Assembly: GCA_951406725.2 (NCBI GenBank)
Contig: OX597841.1
Location: 11,904,001 to 11,968,000 of the forward strand
Direction: 5' to 3'
Length of the DNA stretch: 64,000 nucleotides
Source: Octopus vulgaris
Taxonomy: Eukaryota
The translations under genes were made by a program, and so were the position numbers. Below are positions 1 to 12,812 of the stretch, one piece after another. The notes beneath the pieces were generated by a model, which saw only the letters and a list, made by a program, of their open reading frames with translations, did not search any database and had not been told where the DNA came from. Within the stretch, counting starts at the first letter, position 1. The number at the start of each line of letters is the position of its first letter.

Positions 1-253
1 ATAATAAATTTTTAGAGAGTTACTTCCTTTATATAATAGCAAAAAAAATGCGTTAAAAATGGGAAAAAATGGTAAATTTTTTTTTAAATCATAGACTCAT
101 CGTAGACGCGCACTAATACCCAGAAGGGCTCGATATGAATCACGACTATAAGATACCCGCTTTTGGTTACACTGCACCGCAAAATGTGTGAGTAGTTAGG
201 AATCTAAATCGTAGGAGACAGACAGCACAAAACCTCACTTTCATATATAAAGA
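1..253 (-). mobile_element. Partial non-autonomous Helitron-like element
   Basis: Reverse complement matches the 5' part of the element at 26621-27137 (gactcatcgtagacgcgc...gctcgatatgaatcacgactataagatacc); truncated by the window edge. Confidence 0.6.
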
Positions 254-278
254 TGAGAGAGAAATATATATGACTTAC

Positions 279-326
279 CTTCTTAAATTTCTCATTCAGT
301 TTCTCCAAAAGATCAGCAAAATCTTT
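279..326 (-). CDS. DNAJC14: DNAJC14 coding exon 8 (KDFADLLEKLNEKFKK); gene continues beyond window start
   Basis: ttgtag| acceptor, |gtaagt donor, 48 nt, phase 0/0. Fits the helical linker between the J-domain and the Cys-rich C-terminal (Jiv90) region of DNAJC14. Confidence 0.8.
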
Positions 327-454
327 CTACAAATATAAAGACACCTCTTAGTGTTGTCTCTCACACACACACACACGCATCATTTTTTAGATGTATAATT
401 ATATTTAGAATATTTTACAACCTCCAGGTATATTTATTTATATTTTATTTTATT

Positions 455-966
455 TATTTTTTTTTTTTTATCTAGTTTCAGCTCACAAGCTGTGGCCATG
501 CTGGGGCACCGCCATTTGGTGTTGCTACATGATTTTACTTCACGAATGCTTTTTAGCAATTGCCATTTGGTGCATGAGAGAGTTCGATGCAGCTGCCCTC
601 ATCTGCACCCCCTGCCGTGAAGTTGGTTCATCTGGGACACCTGACAAGAAGAGATCCAGTTTTATTTTAAAGACATCTGCATCCACCCCATGCAGGTCTC
701 TTAGGTTCTTCGGGAGGATATTGAAGAGCTGTGGGCCTCGGAAGCCCAGGCTATCACTGTATCTTGTCCTACATCTTGATGGCAAATTTGGAGTCCTTGG
801 CACTATGCAGTGGCGCCCAGTTCTGGCATTTGTGTAACTCTCGATGCCAAAGTTTGGGACAAGTCCTTCTAGGATCTTCCAGATGTATATTATGGCATAT
901 CTTTCTCGCCTACGCTTTAAGGAATAGAGTCTCAATCTCTTGAGTCTTTCCCAATAGCTTATTTGG
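455..966 (-). mobile_element. 3' fragment of CR1-group LINE (ORF2 C-terminus, 3' UTR and A tail)
   Basis: ORF 540-935 RLYSLKRRRERYAIIYIWKILEGLVPNFG...FKIKLDLFLSGVPDEP; tail ggcggtgccccagcatggccacagc..gctgaaactaga plus poly(A); paralogue at 5694-7002. Confidence 0.85.
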
Positions 967-969
967 GAT

Positions 970-1354
970 TGGAAGCACTCCGTCGGTTACGACGACGAGG
1001 GTTCCGGTTGATCCGAATCAACGGAACAGCCTGCTCATGAAATTAACGTGTAAGTGGCTGAGCACTCCACAGACACGTGTACCCTTAACATAGTTCTCGG
1101 GGATATTCAGGGTGACACAGAGAGTGACAAGGCCGGCCCTTTGAAATTACAGGTACAACAGAAACAGGAAGTAAGAGTGAGAGAAAGTTGTGGTGGAAGA
1201 GTACAGCAGGGATCACCACCATCCCCTGCCGGAGCCTCGTGGACCTTTTAGGTGTTTTCGCTCAATAAACACTCACAACGCCCGGTCTGGAATCGAAGCC
1301 GCGATCCTATGACCGCGAGTCCGCTGCCCTAACCACTGGGCCATTGCGCCTCCA
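970..1354 (-). mobile_element. tRNA-derived SINE, family B
   Basis: Head ggaggcgcaatggcccagtggttagggcagcggactcgcggtc..ggcttcgattcc (A/B boxes); near-identical full copy at 35127-35508 (+). Confidence 0.85.
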
Positions 1355-1769
1355 CCCCAATAGCTTATATATGCTGCACAGAGGCTATGTTTGTGTGTGT
1401 ATGTGTACTTGTGTGTGTGTGAGTACATAAACATGTGTGTGTATACATTTTTCCCCACCTCTCACTGTCGATCAACCCCTCTCTTCACAATCACTCTGTA
1501 TCCAATCGTCAATCACACTGGCCACCCCTTTTCCACCCACCCTCGTTCTTCATTGCTCCTCTCTTCAGTTCCTTGACTCCAGAATCCTGTGTGAATGAAC
1601 GCATCACAGAATGGCGAGGACTCTCTAATCTCACGGTATACAAGGTGACTCCACCTATGTAGGGGCCACTGTAATTCCAGCTAGGACACACCATAAAGTG
1701 ACTGATGAGTGAAGGAAGTCCAGAGATTGAAGGGAACAACAAGACGGAAACTGAAAGAAGCCCGTCGTA

Positions 1770-1809
<40 letters not shown>

Positions 1810-2334
1810 TGTGTGTGTTTGTGTGTCTGTGTTTGTCCCCCTAGCATTGCTTGACAACTGATGCTGGTGTGTTTATGTCCCCGTTATTTAGCGGTTCGGC
1901 AAAAGAGACCGATAGAATAAGTACTGGGCTTACAAAAGAATAAGTCCCGGGGTCTTACCTAGTTATTCCACCAAAGGGTTTTACCAAAGACATGGCAGTC
2001 GTCTCTAGTAATGGTGTCATGGATAAGATGTGCCCAGTGCACTCTGTACAGTGGCTGGTGTCAGGAAGGGTATGGAGGTGTCGAGGGCAAGCCAAGAGTG
2101 AACTGAATCTAGACGGATCCCTATGAACCATCCAATTCATGTCAGCAGGGAAAACAGTCCATCTCCACGATGTCACTGCGGGGACAGTCCTCAACTTACT
2201 TGCAATCCAACAGCTTAATGTATCACAACATGCAATAAAGTACATTATTTCAAAGCTAAATTTGGGCCCAGGAGGGTGGGGCTTCTAGCCATAGAATTTG
2301 ATGTTTAGAAAGTTTTGCCGAACTCATATCAGGA

Positions 2335-2656
2335 TACTCTTTACTCTCTCTTTTACTTGTTTCAGTCATTTGACTGCGGCCATGCTGGAGCAGCGCGTTT
2401 AATCGAGCAACTCGACTCCGGGACTTATTCTTTTGTAAGCCCAGTACTTATTCTATCGGTCTCTTTTGCCGAACCGCTAAGTAACGGGGACATAAACACA
2501 CCAGCATCAGTTGTCAAGCAATGCTAGGGGGACTAACACAGACACACAAACATACACACACACATACATATGTATATATATATACATATATACGACGGGC
2601 TTCTTTCAGTTTCCGTCTACCAAATCCACTCACAAGGCTTTGGTCGGCCCGAGGCT
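2335..2656 (-). mobile_element. tRNA-derived SINE family A (3' two-thirds)
   Basis: Matches the full copy at 12300-12722; another partial copy at 1743-1953 (+). Confidence 0.85.
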
Positions 2657-3139
2657 GACACTAAAACTTATTGATGAAACATATCCATGCACACATCATC
2701 ATCATCTTTTAATGCTTGTGTTTCATGTCGGCATGGGTTAGATGAATCCAGGGTCTGCTTTGGAATGTCTTCTGCTGCTGGATACCCGTCCTAATGCCAC
2801 TCGCTTTACAAAGGGTGCTGTGTGCCTTAGCATCAACTCTGGTGAGGCTGGCATGTAACTTGCAAGACTACGAGCCATGAGAAGAGGCTTTATGCTAGAT
2901 GCGGGTCTAAAATCTAAAAGAAGGGGGTCGGGACAAGTTTGTCGCTGTAGAGGTGCCAACGGTTACTCACATGATACGGTGTCACAGTCTCCATCAAGAA
3001 TTTCGGACGGAAATGCAATTTGCCTGACGTTCGTCCATATCTTTCTACCATAGCTGCGAGGAGATAACTCTTCTTACCCAGAGTATTAGCTCTCTTACCT
3101 AGATATTCCCCTTCGCATCTGGTCTTTTTTTTTTATTGT

Positions 3140-4112
<973 letters not shown>

Positions 4113-4210
4113 ACGGGAAGGTTTACGAAAATAAACAAAAGACGATGGCAGGTGGAGTACGAACAAACAAATGTATTAGTATGGCGCTCAGGAATAGAAA
4201 TAAAACAAGT

Positions 4211-4246
4211 CTTTTACGTTTCGAGCCTACGCTCTTCAACAGAAAG
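4211..4246 (-). ncRNA. Minimal hammerhead-like motif (Penelope-type), variant core
   Basis: Minus strand: cttt-CTGTTGA-a-gagc-gtag-gctc-GAAAC-GTA-aaag; palindromic ACGT stem III; A6 replaced by U. Confidence 0.5.
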
Positions 4247-4355
4247 AAACACAGAAAAGAAACAAGGAGAGAAAAAAATGCGTGCAGGAGCTAACAATTC
4301 AACAGGGCGTTCTGTTATATATACATATATACATACAGATATATATATATATATA

Positions 4356-4727
4356 CTAGCAGTATCGCCCGGCGTTGCTCGGGTTTGTAAGGGAAATAAC
4401 TATAAAGCATTTTTAGAGAGTTATAGCCAAAAAAATGGAAAAAAAATTATGGTAAATTTTTTTGAGAGTTAAAACGGTCGAGTTGCGTCCCCTAGACAGT
4501 CTGTGGTTTGTGTTTCTGATTCTCGACCCCATGTCGAATTTATCGATTTTTTTCAGAACTGGGGAACTTTTCAAAATTTTCTCTGCGTTAGTTTTGAATT
4601 ATGACATTGGGCTATGTGTGTGTCAAGTTTCATCAGAATCGGTTGAAAGCCGTGGTCAGGGTGAGGGTACAACCAAACAGACACACAGAAACACACACAG
4701 ACAAACTGCCGTTTATATATAGAGAGA
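4356..4727 (-). mobile_element. Non-autonomous Helitron
   Basis: Minus strand begins TCTCTCTATATATAAAC and ends with hairpin cccgagcaacgccggg plus CTAG; sister copy 44857-45288. Confidence 0.8.
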
Positions 4728-4832
4728 TATACATGAGGAGAAAAACAACAGTAACAACAACAACAAGAAGAAGAAGGCAAATTGGGAGAAGGAGGAGAGG
4801 AAGAAGAACGAAGCTTTTGTGAAACATCTTAC

Positions 4833-4883
4833 CACAGCCTGGTGGGATTGTTGAACCTGTGAATCATAGAGTTGTCTCTTGGC
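4833..4883 (-). CDS. DNAJC14: DNAJC14 coding exon 7 (AKRQLYDSQVQQSHQAV), J-domain helix IV
   Basis: ttacag| and |gtaaga, 51 nt, phase 0/0; supplies the KRxxYD motif that ends J-domains. Confidence 0.88.
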
Positions 4884-4957
4884 CTGTAATAGAGGAGAAT
4901 AGAGGCGAGTTAGATGCGTCTCTTCTTTACTCTACGTCTCTGATTATAAACACATAC

Positions 4958-4989
<32 letters not shown>

Positions 4990-5233
4990 ATATATGTGTG
5001 TATATAAAATTATAATTAGGGATATCTAAGAGATACCACTGTGCTAGAGATAGCAGTCAAAATTTGACTCTAAAACCAATGGTTTAAAATCAAGTATTGA
5101 CTGCTATCTCTAGCATGGTGGTATCTCTTAGATATCCCTAATTATAATTTTAACAATAATTAATACCTATAAGTTTTTTATTCCCATGCTGGCCACCTGA
5201 TATGGTCAGTATTTTAAATAACGATCTTATCCC

Positions 5234-5280
<47 letters not shown>

Positions 5281-5330
5281 TTAGAGACAAAACCACTATT
5301 TTGCAAAACAAACAAGGAAAGACTTAATCA

Positions 5331-5374
<44 letters not shown>

Positions 5375-5693
5375 CTTATATAACTTCCCACTGATGAAGG
5401 GAGGATTCTTACGAACTAACCCTGAAATCGGTACGATATGGTAATAATGGAATTTTTTAGAAATTTCTGTTGGCTTTTTTTTCGAGCAGCGTGCGTATTG
5501 TGAAAAATTATATGGTTATGGACAATATGTCCAATTTTCGGCATATTTGGCATTAGAAATATTTTCCTTTGCCCTTATTTATAAGTTGTTTATAATTTTA
5601 ACCTTTAAAAGTATTTTTTAATATTCTGGCCATTGATAAAATTTTTTTTCGAAGAAAATTTTATCCTACATTAAATATAAATATATATATATA

Positions 5694-7002
5694 TCGCAGA
5701 AAATACAGAACCCCAGCGATGTTGCACACCTGCAGCAGGAGGTGGACTCAATCTACAGATGGGCTGAGGATAATAATATGCAGTTTAATGCTGAAAAATT
5801 CCAGGCCCTGCGCTACCAGCATCCAAAACTGAATATTAAACTTACAGGATACACCGGTCCACAGGGAATTTCAATCCCAGAGCCTAAGTCTGTGAGGGAC
5901 CTGGGTATCAACATGAGTGATGATACCTCCTTATGAGAGCTCAAAATCTCTCGTGGAAGCGCCATCCAACCAAAATGCAAATATATGGGAAATTACCACC
6001 TGTGTCATCTCTTGTGAAAGGTAGGAGAGTCCAGTTTGCTGGACATTGTTGTAGAGCTGAAAAAGAAGTAATTTCTACTCTTCTCCTCTGGAAGCCATCT
6101 ACTCGCAATACCAGAGGGCGCACACTCTCCTACCCTGATGTAATCTCCAGGGATACAGGCATCCAGCAACAGGACCTCCGTAATGCTATGATGGACCGTG
6201 AAGTCTGGCGTAACATAGTAAATTCCATTGTCTCGACCACGGTCGAACAATGATGATGATGATGACGATACCTCTTTCCAAGTGCACATTACCAGGATGG
6301 CGACAAAGTGCAGACGACTGGCTGGGTGGATCCTAAGAACATTCAGAACCAGAGATAAGGAAACCATGATGGTCCTCTGGCGGACATTCGTCCTCAGTCG
6401 CCTGGATTACTGCTCACAGCTATGGTCACCCACCAGTGTAAAATTAACAGCGGACCTTGAAGCAATCCAGAGAAGATTCACAAAGAAGATCATCTCTTTG
6501 CAACAGCTCAGCTACTGGGAAAGGTTGAAACAGCTAAGACTCTACTCCCTGGAGAGAAGACGGGAGAGGTATGCAGTAATATATGTCTGGAAGATCCTGG
6601 AAGGAATTGTGCCAAATTTTGGCATTGTAAGCTACACCAATGCTAGAACGGGACGAAACTGCATAGTGCCAAAGATCCCAGCAATGCCATCACGCTTCAG
6701 GACCAACTTCTGCAACAGCCTGGGTTTCAAGGGCCCACAGCTTTTTAATATTCCCCCAAAGAGTCTGAGGAACTTGCACAAAGTAGATGTATCGGTTTTT
6801 ATATCAAAGCTGGACACCTTCCTGTCAAGAGTCCCAGATGAACCTACCTCACGGCAAGAGGTGCAAATGAGAGTAGCTGTATCAAACTCCATTCTTCACC
6901 AAGTGCCACATATTAGACGAGGTTCTTCGTAATAACAGTGTAGCACAAAACGGCGGTGCATCAGCATGGCCGCAGCTCTGAGCTGAAACTGGAAAAAAAA
7001 AA
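5694..7002 (+). mobile_element. 5'-truncated CR1-group LINE (RT C-terminal region and 3' tail), interrupted by an RTE fragment
   Basis: ORFs 5742-5936 (WAEDNNMQFNAEKFQAL..VRDLGI) and 6228-6932 (VLSRLDYCSQLWSP..LEAIQRRFTK..YWERLKQLRLYSLERRRERY) resume in register across the insertion; poly(A) at ~6993-7002. Confidence 0.9.
5933..6268 (+). mobile_element. RTE-clade LINE 3' fragment with (TGA)n tail, nested in the CR1-group LINE
   Basis: ORF RRVQFAGHCCR..RGRTLSYPDVISRDTG..MMDREVWR; flanking imperfect duplication tgatgatacctcctt / tgacgatacctcttt. Confidence 0.85.
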
Positions 7003-7574
7003 ATTTTTTTTTTCTCTAGTTTCAGCTCAGAGCCGCGGCCATGCTGATGCACCGCCGTCCTATGCTACACTGTTATTACGACGAACCTCGTCTACTATGT
7101 GGCACTTGGTGAAGAATTATATACAATGGGCTTCTTTCAGTTTCCGTCTACCAAATCTACTCACAAGGCATTGGTTGGCCCGAGGCTATAGTAGAAGACA
7201 CTTGCCCAAGGTGCCATGCAGTGGTACTGAACCCAAAACCATGTGGTTGGTAAACAAGCTACTTACCACACAGCAACTCCTGCACCAACTAAATTTATTT
7301 GTTTTGTTTTCAGCAACTTTCAGTGTTTGCAATGTTGTGTTCAATACGCAATATTATGCAGTATATTATAAAAAATAGGGTCCATGGTACAGGAAAACGG
7401 TGCCTAATCTGGAGAAATAAAGGTCAGAATCAGAATCAGGACCCAGAAACAAGTCTTACATAAATTGTATTTTTTTTTGAACCCGAAATTTGTTGCACAG
7501 TGTATATAGAAGAGAGAGAAAAGAGGGGCCAGAGAGGGAATGGCATAACAATAAAAAGTACCAGCTGTACTCAC

Positions 7575-7643
7575 GGGTTCTCCAATCATGTCAAAAGCAT
7601 GGTGAAGTATCTTGAACGCTTCTTCAGCACCAGTTTGGGAATT
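7575..7643 (-). CDS. DNAJC14: DNAJC14 coding exon 6 (NSQTGAEEAFKILHHAFDMIGEP), J-domain helix III
   Basis: cttgtag| and |gtgagt, 69 nt, phase 0/0; AEEAFK motif directly after HPDK. Confidence 0.93.
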
Positions 7644-7761
7644 CTACAAGCAACAAGAACAACAACAACATCAGTTTCACAATGTGTATACTCAAAATGA
7701 CACATACACACACACACATATGTATATATATATATATACAATGTATATATACATTGTATAC

Positions 7762-7822
<61 letters not shown>

Positions 7823-7840
7823 CCTGTATATATGCATTTA

Positions 7841-9080
7841 TAAGCAGATCAGGCCGAAAATGTCACTAGAAGCTGGGATCACCAAGCATAGATTGGCATA
7901 TTTCGGTCATATTATGAGGAGAAAATCCCTGGAGAAGGACATCATGCTCGGAATGGTCAGTGGCAAGAGAGGAAGAGGCACACCAAAGGAGAAGTTCTTA
8001 AGCAGATCAGGCCGAAAATGTTGCTAGAAGCTAGGATCACCAAGCATAGATTGGCATATTACGGTCATATTATGAGGAGAAAATCCCTGGAGAAGGACAT
8101 CATGCTTGGAATGGCCAATGGCAACAGAGGAAGAGGCCGACCAATGGAGAAGTTCTTAAGCAGATCAGGCCGAAAATGTCGCTAGAAGCTAGGATCACCA
8201 AGCATAGATTGGCATATTTCGGTTATATTATGAGGAGAAAATCCCTGGAGAAGGACATCATGCTTGGAATGGCCAATGGCAACAGAGGAAGAGGCCGACC
8301 AATGGAGAAGTTCTTAAGCAGATCAGGCCGAAAATGTCGCTAGAAGCTAGGATCACCAAGCATAGATTGGCATATTTCGGTCATATTATGAGGAGAAAAT
8401 CCCTGGAGAAGGACATCATGCTTGGAATGGCCAATGGCAACAGAGGAAGAGGCCGACCAATGGAGAAGTTCTTAAGCAGATCAGGCCGAAAATGTCGCTA
8501 GAAGCTAGGATCACCAAGCATAGATTGGAATATTACGGTTATATTATGAGGAGAAAATCCCTGGAGAAGGACATCATGCTTGGAATGGCCAATGGCAACA
8601 GAGGAAGAGGCCGACCAATGGAGAAGTTCTTAAGCAGATCAGGCCGAAAATGTCGCTAGAAGCTAGGATCACCAAGCATAGATTGGCATATTTCGGTTAT
8701 ATTATGAGGAGAAAATCCCTGGAGAAGGACATCATGCTTGGAATGGCCAATGGCAACAGAGGAAGAGGCCGACCAATGGAGAAGTTCTTAAGCAGATCAG
8801 GCCGAAAATGTCGCTAGAAGCTAGGATCACCAAGCATAGATTGGCATATTTCGGTCATATTATGCGGAGAAAATCCCTGGAGAAGGACATCATGCTCGGA
8901 GTGGTCAATGGCAAGAGAAGAAGAGACCAACCAAGAACCCGCTGGCTTGACACCATCAAGAGTGATACCGGAATGGACATAGGCAATCTGAAAGAAGCGG
9001 TCCAGGATAGAACTGACTGGAGGACACTGATCCATTGAGTGACCGAGAGTCGACTTCGACTGAGCAGATAGATAGATAGA
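7841..9080 (+). mobile_element. RTE (BovB-like) LINE 3' end with a 158-bp segment tandemly amplified
   Basis: Unit starts at 7841, 7999, 8157, 8315, 8473, 8631 and 8789; encodes RLAYFGHIMRRKSLEKDIMLG..GKRRR..PRTRWLDTIK; ends gagtcgacttcgactgagc plus (AGAT)n. Confidence 0.9.
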
Positions 9081-10069
9081 TATATGTATGTATACATATA
9101 CATTTATAGAGCAGCTTCTAACACAAAATTTGAATAATATATAAATCCTGAAAAGGGGTTGGAAATGTTTTGGAGCCCTAGGTTCATAAGACCAGTTTCC
9201 CAGTCTTTGAGGCGTATGTATTCCCATCCTGGATGGGACGATAGTCCATCTTGCAGGATTACTCATTTGTGATGACTGGGTGTAGTGCAACAATGTGAAA
9301 TGGAGTCACCCAGCTCAGGAACCGAAACTATATATATATATATATACATGTAATTATATATATATATGTAATTATATATAAATATAATATTATATATTAG
9401 AAACAAGAGTAAATATTCAAATAAATATTTATATAGATATTAATAATAGTAGTAGTAAATAATAATAATAATGATGATAATAATAATACTATCGGTCACT
9501 TTTTGCCGAACCGCTAAGTGACGGGGACATAAACACACCAGCATCGGTTGTCAAGCAATGCTAGGGGGACAAACACATAGACACAAACACATACATATAT
9601 ATATATATACATATATACGACAGGCTTCTTTCAGTTTCCATCTACCAAATCCACTCACAAGGCATTGGTCGGCCCGGGGCTATAGCAGAAGACACTTGCC
9701 CAAGATGCCACGCAGTGGGACTGAACCCGGAACCATGTGGTTGGTTAGCAAGCTACTTACCACTCCTATATATTAAATTAGAGATAAAACCACTATTAGG
9801 CAAATCAAACAGTGAAAAACATAAACCAAAACATAGAAATAAAATTACTTAATATAATATACAAAATAAAAATATATTTTAAATTTTAAATTTTGAATAT
9901 TATATTTTATTTTGTATATTATATTAATTAATTTTATTTCTATGTTTTGGTTTATGTTTTTCACTGTTTGATTTGCCTAATAGTGGTTTTATCTCTAATT
10001 TAATATATATATATATATTTATATAGTAAAATTAGATTTAATCCTAAATCTAATTTTTCCCTATTATTA

Positions 10070-10101
<32 letters not shown>

Positions 10102-10515
10102 AATATTAGTGAAAAATTAGGTTTAGGATTAAATCTAATTTTACAATATAAGTATATATATATATATATATATATATATGCATACATAGGCTTGCCTGTG
10201 TGGTAGGAAGTTTGATTTCCAACCACATGGCTTGGGGTTCAGCCTGTATCCAAGACTCTGTCCAAATTGCACTGGCATCATAAAGTCCCAATTTCGATGG
10301 AATTGTAACAAAAATCAAGCAACAACATTTCTCCAAAACCTGAAGTGAAAAAGCTTCGAGAAAAATCCTTTTGCAGCAAGCAACCAACAACAACAATAGC
10401 CACATCTCCCTCAAATCATGACAACATGGGGATACTGTAAAGCAGTGATATGCAATGACTGTTAGATAGATGGGATGGTCATGGATGGAGCGTGAAGGTT
10501 AAAAGTTCTCCTTAC

Positions 10516-10600
10516 CTTGTCAGGATGAACAAGTATTACTTGCTTCTTGTAATATTTCTTTATGTCTTCATCTGTGCTCTGGCATTTCAAACCTAAAATA
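10516..10600 (-). CDS. DNAJC14: DNAJC14 coding exon 5 (SILGLKCQSTDEDIKKYYKKQVILVHPDK), J-domain with HPD motif
   Basis: atccag| and |gtaagg, 85 nt, phase 2/0; canonical HPD. Confidence 0.95.
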
Positions 10601-10819
10601 CTGGATACAAACACAGACCAATATATATATATATATATATATACACAACTTTAATGACACTTTGGAAATTAGTAGGAAGTAATATAATGTACTATTGACT
10701 ATGCATATTTGCATCTAGGTACTAATGTGTGTATGTTTATTATCACAATATTAAGTTGAAAACTGAAACATTGAATGTGGAACATATATATGTTTACTAA
10801 TTTATATTATTTATTTACA

Positions 10820-11055
10820 TCATTATCATCATCATCATCATCATCGTTTAACGTCCGTTTTCCGCGCTAGCACGGGTTGGACGGTTTGACCGGGGTCTGG
10901 GGAGCCAGGGGCTGCCCCAGGCTCCAGTCTGATCTGGCAGTGTTTCTACAGCTGGATGCCCTTCCTAACGCCAACCACTCCGCGAGTGTAGTGGGTGCTT
11001 TTTACGTGCCACCTGCACAGGTGCCAGAGGGGTCTGGCATCGGCCACGATCGGTT
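10820..11055 (-). mobile_element. SINE-like element family C with (GAT)n tail
   Basis: gagtggttggcgttaggaagggcatccagctgtagaaac...ggacgttaaacgatgatg; further copies at 13738-13880, 15130-15546, 26197-26585, 31305-31975, 35990-36245 and 53280-54040. Confidence 0.75.
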
Positions 11056-11232
11056 ATTGCCTTTTTCGTTGCATTGCGGCAGGGGGAGGGTTCCGGCAGA
11101 GGGGAGAGAGAGTGGGGGGGTGCATGTAATATAGGGGAGCACCAGTGGGGAAGGTTTGGGGTAAAGAGAAACGATGACGTATATGTATATTTTTATATGT
11201 ATAGGAATGTGAGTATATGCACTCATATGTAT

Positions 11233-11359
11233 ATCTCCGAAGAGGCCTTATGATATTTTTGTAAATGTCTCAGTTATATCTATATATTGACCTACCATAA
11301 AAGGCTAATATTGGTAAAATGAGACATACTTATCTACATGGCCGAAACAGCTGTAAGAT
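11233..11359 (+). ncRNA. Type I hammerhead-like motif with long stem-II insertion (CCGAAGA core)
   Basis: atct-CCGAAGA-ggcc-(~92 nt)-ggcc-GAAAC-agct-GTA-agat; perfectly palindromic stem III ACAGCTGT. Confidence 0.55.
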
Positions 11360-11666
11360 GTAATCTATACTTATATTTATATTTACTTATATTTATATTC
11401 TCTTTTTTATATATATTCTACTTATTATACAACATTACTCTTTTATGTACACTTTTTTATGAACATTCCTTTATGTACACTGATTTGTTCTGCTTTTTTA
11501 TGTTTAACCCTACAGTCTCTTATGTGGTGGTTTAATAAAGTATGTGATTGAGTATTATCTGGTAATTGATATTTGATTTAGATGTCTTTCTCCATTTTCT
11601 TATCTTGTATATAAATATATATATAAATATATATATATATAAATATATATATATATACATACACAC

Positions 11667-11730
<64 letters not shown>

Positions 11731-11920
11731 CATAATATATATATATATATATACATACATATATATATATATACATACATATATATATATATATATACAT
11801 ACATATATATATATATATATACATACATATATATATATATATACATACATATATATCTATATATATACACATATATATATATATATACACACACATATAT
11901 ATATATATCACATAAGGAAC

Positions 11921-12270
11921 GTAAAAGTGGTAATCGATGAAAAACTTCCAGAATTGCTCAATCGAAAGGGTGTTTTTTTCCTTCAAGACAACGCTAGACC
12001 TTGTGTTTCCTAGCAGACCGGGCAGAAATTGGTGCAGCTTGACCGGAATGCCCTGCAGCACCAACTGTATTCACCTGGACTTGTACGGTCAGATTTCAAT
12101 ATAGTTTGATCTCTTATGAATTCCAATTCTTTGGAATAGTGTAAAAATGACTTGGACACTATCATTATCCAGAATGATGCCAGCTTTTGTTAGGAAGGGA
12201 TCATGAAGTTGTCTTGAAGATGGCAAATATTGTTTTTGAATTTTACTTAAAAACCAGAACAAACTTTTGT
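11921..12270 (+). mobile_element. Decayed Tc1/mariner transposase fragment
   Basis: [24 protein letters not shown] remnants with stops; near-identical copy at 14864-15085. Confidence 0.7.
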
Positions 12271-12299
12271 TGCAACAAATACTTATATATATACTCCTA

Positions 12300-12470
12300 G
12301 GCGCAGGAGCGGCTGTGTGGTAAGTAGCTTGCTAACCAACCACATGGTTCCGGGTTCAGTCCCACTGCATGGCACCTTGGGCAAGTGTCTTCTGCTATAG
12401 CCCCGGGCCGACCAATGCCTTGTGAGTGGATTTGGTAGACGGAAACTGAAAGAAGCCCGTCCTATATATG

Positions 12471-12504
<34 letters not shown>

Positions 12505-12722
12505 CGTGTATGTTTGTGTGTCTGTATTTGTCCCCCTAGCATTGCTTGACAACCGATGCTGGTGTGTTTACGTCCCCGTTACTTAGCGGTTCGGCAAAAG
12601 AGACCGATACAATAAGTACTGGGCTTACAAAAGAATAAGTCCCAGGGTCGAGTTGCTTGATTAAAGGCGGTGCTCCAGCATGGCCACACTCAAATGACTG
12701 AAACAAGTAAAAGAGTAAAGAG
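12300..12722 (+). mobile_element. Full-length tRNA-derived SINE family A
   Basis: A box (c/t)ggctgtgtgg, B box ggttcagtccc, CORE-like ccttgggcaagtg, internal (TA)/(TG) tract, LINE-like tail ggcggtgctccagcatggcc..gactgaaac, (AGTAAAAG) tail repeats. Confidence 0.9.
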
Positions 12723-12760
12723 TATATATAGAATGTGTCAGAAAGAGTGAGAGACAATAC

Positions 12761-12812
12761 CTGTAAGGGTCTTTCCCACGACAATTCAGCAACCTTTGCA
12801 TAGCTTCTTCAC
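12761..12812 (-). CDS. DNAJC14: DNAJC14 coding exon 4 (GEEAMQRLLNCRGKDPY)
   Basis: tttccag| and |gtattg, 52 nt, phase 1/2; GEEAMxRLLxCxGKDPYSILG is the typical DNAJC14 J-domain entry in invertebrates. Confidence 0.93.

Noticed and set aside
5386-5452. CTGATGA-aggg..ccct-GAAA hammerhead-like motif
   Set aside because: Stem III mismatched and stem I cannot be paired; at best a decayed relic
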